13,542 nucleotides of DNA from Promethearchaeota archaeon. GTDB taxonomy: Archaea; Asgardarchaeota; Lokiarchaeia; Sigyniarchaeales; SOKP01. The stretch is taken from positions 1 to 13,542 of the forward strand of contig JBHLNS010000070.1 in NCBI GenBank assembly GCA_048941285.1, written 5' to 3'. Every line of letters begins with the position of its first letter. Positions within the stretch are counted from its first letter, which is position 1. The notes beneath the pieces were generated by a model. That model was not told where the DNA came from. It worked only from the letters and a program-made list of their open reading frames with translations, and searched no databases. The position numbers were made by a program, and so were the translations under genes. Shown here one piece after another: positions 7,401-13,542 of the stretch.

Positions 7401-7803
7401 CATACTGGCTTATTTCTATCGCAAATTTTTGAAAAATAAATGTTGGCCCATTTCTAGAACTAAAAATGAATTCAGAAAAATCACTTTCAATATTTCTAGT
7501 ATAATTTATCGCAGTAATATTTTCAAAAGTCATTTTTGCGTAAGATATATTATTGTTTGGTATAAAAATTTCTGGTTGATTGTTCAGATTAGGAAATTCT
7601 CGATTGATATAACAATCTTTTTTGATTTCCGTAATACTACTGAAATCTTTACCTGTTCGATTAATCAATTGAGGAGAGATAGAGTAAGGTTCATAGGTTT
7701 GACTCGTATTATGAAAATCTGAGAATTTGGTGAAGTATGGTAAACTAAGGCTTACTATTACAAAGAATAATATAAATAGCGATCTGTTCCTAAAATATTT
7801 CAT
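4480..7803 (-). CDS. large single-pass receptor-like membrane protein: signal/anchor, beta-rich ectodomain, Ig-like stalk, TM helix, cytoplasmic longin-like domain and winged-helix-like end
   Basis: The N-terminus is basic then hydrophobic (MKYFRNRSLFILFFVIVSLSL). About 830 aa are Asn/Thr/aromatic-rich with many NxS/T sequons. The stalk VIIADYGGKPL...EGIAFATL...IRARF is Ig-like. The TM YLPYIIIGALAIAAALTA (about aa 860-877) is followed by basic residues. The tail YIMIIHKEVGVSIY...DLISGFLQAISQF...KIVIADGDYVRVALIL...FEKRY is longin-like. SD-like GGGAG lies just upstream of the ATG. Confidence 0.8.
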   Translation of the reverse strand: MKYFRNRSLFILFFVIVSLSLPYFTKFSDFHNTSQTYEPYSISPQLINRTGKDFSSITEIKKDCYINREFPNLNNQPEIFIPNNNISYAKMTFENITAINYTRNIESDFSEFIFSSRNGPTFIFQKFAIEISQYVNNVSILIQDINNPTSFTDENSWEIAIVDCLNDTNGTPNPSTTLGLIKKPHPISYATHWEIFDFKNSGSGPIYLDIKTTNFTVNSGIIKYWFAFRVKIPRDDTDLGGGPKFLYFNPDAGSTDNVDEGSTFAISPDFYFDDYTVNNVRDVQIKNGTYLEGDLGSFRFVDEDRYRVSDTKNITVDVTFNLKPLENSPFTFFQLFRESHKLNWLYDHYKYIFSFDIYLVLNISNIADVFWSQLYIRNYKAGMFQSNWVPLEYDIKQGNETLIYYSVRTPHEKLQLLYFMDNNPLSPFGGNNTLTFKLEYLSISDIDLSINQFKVEVGELESLDTIQRHDPLIQQLHFPTDVAIINGTTSIFGEQSIEAFQYNDDNYFNAQALTDNLSYFVSFNVLEDFDSSLWNIDYYDWIASYPNPLVPQMDIRITSNVSKPDNLELAALALFKGNKTFDILDNTQNDANWILMSRINEFADKDETTTVLRFDAGFTWLFLNVLNESNNNEAKLILVYYTNSTADNGFTVSVNEFTINLYIQNVITSDISSSIGLGINSNDLTPSDLMLKNFGINILDTGIRSGVWEGEIDNAEFSQGFFEFNVTSLWHSIRFDVNGTYEIFKIIPIIEFVETPASQYMKGTSFFSVIIADYGGKPLKSSDIIFEVLNANGIPVYETTSRSSIEGIAFATLQFQNTGNKFSIRARFVEEGFYTSAELTSGYIRVVDDFILFMDAFLTYLPYIIIGALAIAAALTARTIRHSKLKRFWAGESMILDDLVKISYIMIIHKEVGVSIYNKQISLEDIDSDLISGFLQAISQFRSEIKKGSTATKGKEFEMDYGDFKIVIADGDYVRVALILDGSSSEKLKDNQWAFTEDFEKRYGTFLKEFSGELTPFITTDDLIERHFNITLVYPLQLGKHYGVIKLKGLEKALIEVAEQIQKERKFFFISSLLNFALAGRKASRDEIISTIIELKRKGIIIPADVN
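5815..6975 (-). repeat. two diverged tandem copies of a ~199-aa ectodomain module (protein-level repeat)
   Basis: Matching segments: DVQIKNGT (aa 282) / DVAIINGT (aa 481); VTFNL / VSFNV; FDIYLVLNIS / MDIRITSNVS; SNWVPL / ANWILM; NET / DET; LSINQFKVEV / VSVNEFTINL. Confidence 0.75.
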
Positions 7804-7989
7804 TAAAATCTCCCTTTTTAACTTAAATTTAAAGAATTAAAAAAAAATATTTGATAAACAAATGAAATCATATACTTTTAAAATTAGGCTTTCTAATATG
7901 ACAGAAATATCTTGATATGTCGATGTAAAATTATAAAGTGAAAAAAAGAAGAACAGAAAATATATTAAATAATTTTTGAGATGTCGTAA

Positions 7990-8508
7990 TTATTCTATAT
8001 TAAATCTATTTTTGATGATATCAAAAAGTATTATGCCTAGTGTGGCTAAAATCATCTCTGGGATCAGCACATAAAAGAAATATATTATTATTGGTAATCT
8101 AAAAGAAATGTACAAAATTATCGCAACATATATTGAAATAATAATAGCATATAATATGCCACCTAAATATTTTAAATAACGCTTGTCTCTAAAAAAGATA
8201 ATACAATATAAAGCAGGTACATTCACAATACAGCTAATTAAATCTATTGGTCCTAAGGGGGACGTAAGATTAACAAAAAAAACTCCTAATACGTTGCCAA
8301 TTAATCCTTCTAATGGAAAAAGTATACACATACCTACAATTAATTCTGCTACGCGGAACTGAAATTCTAAAAAACTTATTGGTTGGAATAAATAACCTAA
8401 AGCAGTGTATAATGCAGCAGTAATTGCGATTAATGCTATTTTAAAACTAATACTTTCTCTTTCAAAACCAAATGATTTTTTTTCTAATTCATTGCTCTCA
8501 TGGTTCAT
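7990..8508 (-). CDS. queT: QueT-family membrane protein (putative 7-deazaguanine precursor transporter, ECF S-component-like)
   Basis: IALIAITAALYTALG...PISFLEFQFRVAE...LGVFFVNLTSPLGPID matches the QueT pattern (AALY...PISF..QFRxxE...GxxxxN..SPxG..D). It has about five TM segments. Confidence 0.8.
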   Translation of the reverse strand: MNHESNELEKKSFGFERESISFKIALIAITAALYTALGYLFQPISFLEFQFRVAELIVGMCILFPLEGLIGNVLGVFFVNLTSPLGPIDLISCIVNVPALYCIIFFRDKRYLKYLGGILYAIIISIYVAIILYISFRLPIIIYFFYVLIPEMILATLGIILFDIIKNRFNIE

Positions 8509-8587
8509 TAGATCAACCTTATAAAAATTCTAGTAACTAACGAAAATATTTAAGATCTATTTAAAAATATTATTAATAGAAAAAACC

Positions 8588-8604
8588 AAAAAAAAAAAAA
8601 AAAA
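8588..8604 (-). terminator. T17 tract, probable terminator of the Loki-CTERM gene
   Basis: 17 consecutive A on the plus strand read as T17 on the minus strand, starting 15 nt after the TAG stop at 8619. Confidence 0.6.
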
Positions 8605-8618
8605 TTATGTTTTGATAG

Positions 8619-9482
8619 CTATGTTCTTTTCTTTTTCATTATAACAAAAATTATTCCAATAATACTAGCTGCAGCAACTCCAAAAATAATTGTAACTTCA
8701 TAACCAGGAATTCCGGCTAATTCTATTGAGAACTCATAAATGGTAGTACCTGTATCATCCTTTATTTTATACCCGATCCAAGCACCATAAGTCCTATCAT
8801 AAGTCCAGATCTCAGTACAATTTTCTAAATATTGAAAAGTATATAATGGAACATTCCAATCTAGAGCTTCTGCATGATGAACAATAGTATTTCCGATATT
8901 TTCCCATTTTGGTTCCCAAATAAAAGCACCAAGATATTGGTCTACATTAGTTGGAAGTTGAGCAAAGAAAGCCCCTGCAGTATGCAATGAAATATTATAT
9001 GGAATAAAGAAATAAGTGTTGTACAAGGTATTAATATAAGTTATAAGATTTGCTGGATTATAAAAGCTACGTACTATCTGTCCTACACTATCGGGGGTAT
9101 TGCTAAATGCGCCTGTAGTCCAGTCCCAATTGCTCGTATTATATAATGCAATATCATACAATGGTAAACCTAATATAGGAAAAATTTCGGTAGATGCATC
9201 AAATTTTGCACTAAAATTTACTGCAGTTACGAGCGATTTACTTCTTGCTCCTACATTAGCAGCTCCCTTACCAAAAATCTCTATTACAGAAACCCAGCCT
9301 ATACCAAATAGATCCTCTAAACTTTGGTTATTTACCGTTCTGACTTTTAAAATTTTTTGATTACCAGAAGCACCACGAAATGTATAGGTACCTATTTGAG
9401 GAATAGCTGGGGGTGTAATAGCTAGACTTATAGTAAAAAGTATAATAAAGCCTATCATCCAATTAGATCTTTTCATTTTCAA
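8619..9482 (-). CDS. secreted cell-surface protein with a C-terminal Loki-CTERM (PGF-CTERM-like) sorting signal
   Basis: N-terminal signal peptide MKRSNWMIGFIILFTISLA. The C-terminus is IPGY, a TM helix and the basic tail MKKKRT. Several NxS/T sequons are present. The true start may be the ATG at 9476 rather than the TTG at 9482. Confidence 0.8.
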   Translation of the reverse strand: MKMKRSNWMIGFIILFTISLAITPPAIPQIGTYTFRGASGNQKILKVRTVNNQSLEDLFGIGWVSVIEIFGKGAANVGARSKSLVTAVNFSAKFDASTEIFPILGLPLYDIALYNTSNWDWTTGAFSNTPDSVGQIVRSFYNPANLITYINTLYNTYFFIPYNISLHTAGAFFAQLPTNVDQYLGAFIWEPKWENIGNTIVHHAEALDWNVPLYTFQYLENCTEIWTYDRTYGAWIGYKIKDDTGTTIYEFSIELAGIPGYEVTIIFGVAAASIIGIIFVIMKKKRT

Positions 9483-9532
9483 CCCTAATCTTAATTTTTT
9501 AAGTAAGAATTCTGATTAATTTATTATTTACT

Positions 9533-9622
9533 AATTGATTATATAAATATTACTATAAATTGATAATGATTTTTCAATAGATCAATTTAGAAGAAAAAAT
9601 TGATTTAAAATTGATATCAATT
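9533..9622. promoter_or_regulatory. divergent promoter region with six AATTGAT/ATCAATT half-sites, including the perfect 14-bp palindrome AATTGATATCAATT
   Basis: AATTGAT at 9533, 9558, 9598 and 9609; ATCAATT at 9581 and 9616; palindrome at 9609-9622. A TATA-like TTTATATA lies on the minus strand at 9540-9547. Confidence 0.5.
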
Positions 9623-9650
9623 AATTAAATAGAACAAGTTTAGTAAAATT

Positions 9651-10430
9651 ATGCCAACTTTTTCCCCTGAGAAAAATATTGAAATTTATTATGAAATTAG
9701 TGGAAATAATTCTGGTCCAAAAATGGTTTTAATTCATGGTCTCTTTCTAAATAGCGATACTTGGAAATATCAATTACCCGCATTTGAACCTGATTTCAAT
9801 ATCGTTAGGTTTGATCTTCGAGGTCATGGACGATCTACTAAACCAAAAAAGCGATTTACAATTAGAAATTATGTAGATGATATGTTTGCCTTATTAAATC
9901 ATCTCAATTGGAATAATGAGCTTTATTTAGTAGGTCATTCACTAGGAGGTATGATTGCTCTTGTGTATGGCCTCGAAAATCCTTCCTATGTAAAAAAAAT
10001 GGTAGTTGCCGATAGTTTTTGTTTTATCAGCCAAGAAGCCATAACAGATGTTCTAGGCCGTATAAATAGTAGTAAACTGGAGAAGTTTGCGTTGGGAATT
10101 AGTATAAGAGGCCTACTCCCTTATGATGACGAAGTTGCTCAGTATGTTGCTAGTTTAGTCACTGAACATATGACAAAGAAGGATTGTTTACAAGCAACAG
10201 CTGCTTCTGCAGGTTTTAATATTTGTGAAAATCTTAAAAATTTACAGATTCCTGTATTAGTTTTAGTTGGAAAGAAAGATATTACAACTCCAGTTTGGGC
10301 AAGTGAAATGATACATGAGTGGTTACCTCAGTCAGAATTAATAATAATTCCGGATGCTGGACATTTAATAATTTTTGATCATCCTAATGAATTTAATGAT
10401 CTCACATTATCTTTTTGGAATAAAAAATAG
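9651..10430 (+). CDS. alpha/beta-fold hydrolase (PcaD-like esterase/lactonase/thioesterase)
   Basis: Oxyanion motif IHG, FDLRGHGRS, nucleophile elbow GHSLGG, acid in GKKDITTP, and His in DAGH. Confidence 0.92.
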   Translation: MPTFSPEKNIEIYYEISGNNSGPKMVLIHGLFLNSDTWKYQLPAFEPDFNIVRFDLRGHGRSTKPKKRFTIRNYVDDMFALLNHLNWNNELYLVGHSLGGMIALVYGLENPSYVKKMVVADSFCFISQEAITDVLGRINSSKLEKFALGISIRGLLPYDDEVAQYVASLVTEHMTKKDCLQATAASAGFNICENLKNLQIPVLVLVGKKDITTPVWASEMIHEWLPQSELIIIPDAGHLIIFDHPNEFNDLTLSFWNKK

Positions 10431-10451
10431 AAATATATATTTAATTTTATT

Positions 10452-11483
10452 TTATCCCCATTTAATTACTCCCGCATTCCATGCCCAACCAATACCAGCA
10501 GCGGTGATAACAACAATATCTCCCTGTTTTATCTTTCCACTTTTCACGCCATATTCTAAAGACAGAATTCCATCATTTTGACCATTGTGACCTATTTCTT
10601 CAAAATATGTTGCTTGTTTATATGGATCTACTCCAACAGCTTTGGCAACATATTCAAAGGCGCTTCTTTTCATATGTAATAATGCTAAATAGTCAATATC
10701 TTGTCTGGAATATCCAGATTGATTGAGAGCATCATCGATTACTTTAATAAAAGCATCCATTGAAAATTTATCAAGTCGTTGTTTTAATCCTTCTGGATCG
10801 GGCACATCCAAATAAATTAAGTCATTATCAATAGCTTGTTTTGAAATTGGTTGAATAGTTCCACCTGCAGGTACATAAACATCATCAGCAAATCTTCCAT
10901 CTGAAATAGCAGAAATCCCTAAAATTTCATTAGTCTTATAATCACTTCTTAATATAGCAGCTGCACCACTAGCCGCTAAACTAATCATGAATCGAGAATT
11001 CTGATTTTGATAGTTGATTAGATCAGAGTTTCTATAACCACTTGCAACTAAAACCCTTTTTATATTAGGATTTGTTTGCATTAAACTTTTTCCCAATAAC
11101 ATCCCAACTAAGAAAGTTCCACATCTTTGATTAATATCAAAAGCCCAAGGTTTAATGGGATTTCCTAACAGTTGCTGAAGTTTAATTCCGTAGGTCATCA
11201 TTGGTCGTTCAGCATAGACCTCTCCAGCCCAAATAATTAAATCAAGATCATTAGGTGTGATGTTTGCACGATCTAGAGCCTGAATACTTGCTTTTGCTCC
11301 CATCGCCACTGTATGATCTTCAGGACCGGGAACAGTTTTACTCTTTAAACCAAATTTCTCTTCAAGAATATTTTTGGGAATTCCTGATTTCTTTGAAATA
11401 TATTCGCTAGTATGTTTATATTTAGGGAGATAAATCCCCCATGATTCTAATCCAACTGAGCGGGGTTCCATTTGATTATTCAC
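10452..11483 (-). CDS. 3-oxoacyl-ACP synthase III-like (thiolase-fold) condensing or acyl-transfer enzyme, non-canonical
   Basis: Motifs seen: GIYLP, AFDINQRCGT (Cys121), AAAIL, VPAGG, LLHMKRS (His270), GHNGQND in place of the FabH GN motif, and AAGIGWAW. The true start is probably the ATG at 11471, judged by SD spacing. Confidence 0.88.
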   Translation of the reverse strand: MNNQMEPRSVGLESWGIYLPKYKHTSEYISKKSGIPKNILEEKFGLKSKTVPGPEDHTVAMGAKASIQALDRANITPNDLDLIIWAGEVYAERPMMTYGIKLQQLLGNPIKPWAFDINQRCGTFLVGMLLGKSLMQTNPNIKRVLVASGYRNSDLINYQNQNSRFMISLAASGAAAILRSDYKTNEILGISAISDGRFADDVYVPAGGTIQPISKQAIDNDLIYLDVPDPEGLKQRLDKFSMDAFIKVIDDALNQSGYSRQDIDYLALLHMKRSAFEYVAKAVGVDPYKQATYFEEIGHNGQNDGILSLEYGVKSGKIKQGDIVVITAAGIGWAWNAGVIKWG

Positions 11484-11487
11484 CTAT
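11478..11487 (-). promoter_or_regulatory. Shine-Dalgarno site (AGGTGA) overlapping the ligase stop codon
   Basis: The minus strand reads ATAGGTGAAT. The TAG is the upstream stop, and AGGTGA lies 8 nt before the ATG at 11471. Confidence 0.6.
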
Positions 11488-13034
11488 TTCAATTCTCTTT
11501 TTAATATTTTACCAGTAGCACTAGTAGGGAGATTATCCCTTATCTCAAAATATTTAGGAATTTTATACTTTGCTAGTCTCTCAATTAAATAATTTCGAAT
11601 TTCGTCTACATCTAATGTTTTACCAGCTTTTAAAGTTAGAAAAGCTTTTCCAACTTCACCCCATTTTTCATCAGGCACACCGATAACAGCAGCTAAATCA
11701 ACTGCAGGATGCTTAAATAATAACTCTTCAATTTCTACGGGATATACATTCTCACCCCCACTGATATACATCTCCTTTCTACGCCCTACGATGTAATAAA
11801 AACCCTCATCATCTTGCATTGCTAGATCTCCTGTATGTACCCATCCATCAGGCTCAATAGTTTTTTCCGTTTCTTCTGGTTCATCCCAATATCCCGAAAA
11901 AATATGTGGTCCCTTCAGTAGTAATTCTCCAACTACCCCTTTTTTAACAACTTCATCTGTTTTTGTGTTAATTATTTGCATATCACAATGAAGTACAGGT
12001 AGACCAACCGAAGTTGGTTTTTCTTTAATTCGTTTTTCTGGCAAATAAAAATTATTTGGTCCAACCTCAGTTAACCCATATCCCATTTTAAATAGTTTAT
12101 TCTTATCCCAATATTTTTCCATTATCGCAACTGGGCATGGAGCTCCACCAGATATGAATATCCTTACTGATTCAAAATTAGTTTTAGCAAAAAGAGACGT
12201 GTTTGCCATCATATGAAACATTGTAGGAACCCCTATGACAATCGTACATTTTTCTTCTTCAATAACTCTAATAGTTTCTCTAGGAATAAAATCTCCCATT
12301 AATATTGTTTTTGCCCCAAGATGATAAAAAGGAACTAAAAGAACATTCCAACCTCCAGTATGAAATAGAGGAAATAGTAATGGTTGTATATCATCAGGTC
12401 TTAAACTCCATGAAAGTATTGTATTTATAGAATTCCAAAATATCAATCTATGAGATAGTATTGCTCCTTTAGGAAGTCCAGTTGTGCCCCCCGTAAATAA
12501 AATAAGATGAGGATCATCAAAATCTAAAATTGGCCGTTCAACATCTGAATCCAAAATCTTTCTTGTTAAATCTATAGTATTAGAATCATTTAATGCTGAA
12601 TCATTTCCCATTATTACACTATGGTTAATAATTGACTTTTTCTTCAACTCTGAAACTGTCTCTGCTAATTTTGATTCATAGAAAAAAATAGAGGGCCCTG
12701 TTTTCTTAATTAAATACTCAATTTCTTGAATTGATAATCTTATGTTAAATGGAACAAGAATTGCTCCTATTTTTCCAGTTGCTAGAAAGAGATCTATGCA
12801 TTCTATCCTATTTGTTGAAAACATAGCAACACGATCTCCTTTAGCTATCCCCTCCTTTAATAATAACCGAGCTAATTTATTCGCTCTTAAGTTCAGATCC
12901 TTAAAAGTATATAATTTTTTCTCAATATTATCAAATACTGCTTCATTATCGGGGGTTAATAGCGCACGGCGCTTTGCCCAATCTCCTATCCAAGAAAAAT
13001 CGTTAGGAATTGAATAATTTCCTGCTTTAAACAC
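11484..13034 (-). CDS. acyl-CoA synthetase / AMP-dependent ligase (ANL superfamily, fatty-acid-CoA ligase-like)
   Basis: P-loop LFTGGTTGLPKG, PLFHTGG, SGGAP, GYGLTE, GELLLKGP, GWVHTGD, GRRKEMYISGGENVYP, and the catalytic Lys in ATGKILK. Confidence 0.95.
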   Translation of the reverse strand: MFKAGNYSIPNDFSWIGDWAKRRALLTPDNEAVFDNIEKKLYTFKDLNLRANKLARLLLKEGIAKGDRVAMFSTNRIECIDLFLATGKIGAILVPFNIRLSIQEIEYLIKKTGPSIFFYESKLAETVSELKKKSIINHSVIMGNDSALNDSNTIDLTRKILDSDVERPILDFDDPHLILFTGGTTGLPKGAILSHRLIFWNSINTILSWSLRPDDIQPLLFPLFHTGGWNVLLVPFYHLGAKTILMGDFIPRETIRVIEEEKCTIVIGVPTMFHMMANTSLFAKTNFESVRIFISGGAPCPVAIMEKYWDKNKLFKMGYGLTEVGPNNFYLPEKRIKEKPTSVGLPVLHCDMQIINTKTDEVVKKGVVGELLLKGPHIFSGYWDEPEETEKTIEPDGWVHTGDLAMQDDEGFYYIVGRRKEMYISGGENVYPVEIEELLFKHPAVDLAAVIGVPDEKWGEVGKAFLTLKAGKTLDVDEIRNYLIERLAKYKIPKYFEIRDNLPTSATGKILKRELK

Positions 13035-13041
13035 CTAGCTA

Positions 13042-13051
13042 ATTCACCTAT
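13042..13051 (-). promoter_or_regulatory. Shine-Dalgarno site (AGGTGA) overlapping the membrane-protein stop codon
   Basis: The minus strand reads ATAGGTGAAT. The TAG is the upstream stop, and AGGTGA lies 9 nt before the GTG at 13034. Confidence 0.6.
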
Positions 13052-13542
13052 ACTGCTTTATAAATTGGCCATTTTCTCCAAATATAAGCAAACAAGATCT
13101 CAATCCATAAAAACCATAATACAAAAGGAGTTGGATTCATTTCCCAATAATTTGTTGTATCTCCGAATAAAATAGGTGATAAAAGATAATACCCAAAAAA
13201 AGTTAATGTTCCAATGCCTATGACTAATAGAAATCTAAAAAGAAAGTTCTGCCATTGAGGAAATCTTTTTGGCCAGTTATCAAAAAATAACGAAACTAAT
13301 ACTACTGCACAAATAAGGAATATTGCATAAGTAATACTCATCATATACCATCCCTTGAATCTAGTTACATCATCTGGAATTATTCCACTAATAGCTACAA
13401 AGAAAGGATCAAAGAGATATTGAGCAATATAAGGTCCTAAAATAGAAATTAATAAACCTAATACTGTACAAGCTCCAGCTGCTATCATCCCGATAAAGGG
13501 TTGTTTTCTTCCTAACTTACTCCATGGCCAATATTCAAAAAC
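13048..13542 (-). CDS. polytopic membrane protein with repeated (F/W)xxWP motifs, possible transporter (partial, runs off the right edge)
   Basis: The frame stays open upstream of the track's ATG at 13488 to the window edge (VFEYWPWSKLGRKQPFIG-MIAAG...). Motifs FEYWP, FDNWP and WRKWP are separated by pairs of TM helices. Confidence 0.75.
   Translation of the reverse strand, partial: VFEYWPWSKLGRKQPFIGMIAAGACTVLGLLISILGPYIAQYLFDPFFVAISGIIPDDVTRFKGWYMMSITYAIFLICAVVLVSLFFDNWPKRFPQWQNFLFRFLLVIGIGTLTFFGYYLLSPILFGDTTNYWEMNPTPFVLWFLWIEILFAYIWRKWPIYKAV

Noticed and set aside
7429-7722. 97-aa plus-strand ORF
   Set aside because: Antisense shadow within the 1107-aa gene, with no recognisable motifs.
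8509-8618. preQ1 riboswitch upstream of queT
   Set aside because: No preQ1-type stem with an A-rich tail on the coding (minus) strand. The faint resemblance (AACCTTATAAAAA) is on the wrong strand.
9100-9360. 86-aa plus-strand ORF
   Set aside because: Antisense shadow within the Loki-CTERM gene.
9559-9578. Fur-box-like ATTGATAATGATTTTTCAAT
   Set aside because: Only the left half matches the 7-1-7 consensus, and no iron-related genes are nearby. It is better explained as part of the AATTGAT array.
10375-10581. 68-aa plus-strand ORF
   Set aside because: It overlaps the ends of two well-supported convergent genes and has no motifs.
10452-11483. Gene symbol fabH
   Set aside because: The catalytic Asn motif is replaced by GHNGQND and there is no ACP/FAS II context in the window.
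12742-13017. 91-aa plus-strand ORF
   Set aside because: Antisense shadow within the acyl-CoA ligase gene.
11484-13034. Gene symbol menE or fadD
   Set aside because: ANL motifs do not fix the substrate, and no menaquinone or beta-oxidation genes are adjacent in the window.
1-13542. CRISPR array, tRNA/rRNA, transposase or integrase, recoded (Sec/Pyl) or frameshifted genes
   Set aside because: I saw no regularly spaced repeats, no GC-rich structured RNA in the short AT-rich intergenic gaps and no mobile-element motifs. The ORFs look full-length for their families.

Overview
AT-rich, densely coding window that most likely comes from an Asgard archaeon (Lokiarchaeia/Promethearchaeota). This is inferred from a Loki-CTERM-type sorting tail, a eukaryote-like small GTPase, longin-like domains, AGGTGA-type Shine-Dalgarno sites and poly-T terminators. 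Left part: the end of a membrane-protein gene, a stand-alone 7-TM protein, and an Arf-like small GTPase overlapping (ATGA) a small protein with a predicted uDENN/longin domain plus a winged helix. Middle, minus strand: a Loki-CTERM surface protein, a QueT-family transporter, a 1107-aa single-pass receptor-like protein (duplicated ectodomain module, Ig-like stalk, cytoplasmic longin plus winged-helix-like tail), and an RsmB/NSUN RNA m5C methyltransferase coupled to an internally duplicated DUF3786-like protein. Right part: an alpha/beta hydrolase converging on an operon of a WP-repeat membrane protein (partial), an acyl-CoA ligase and a non-canonical KAS III-like enzyme. The best candidate for an undescribed system is the Arf-like GTPase plus longin-wHTH pair, possibly working with the nearby membrane-anchored longin receptor and the 7-TM protein. 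No rRNA, tRNA, CRISPR array or mobile element was recognised. All domain calls come from reading motifs by eye, not from database searches.
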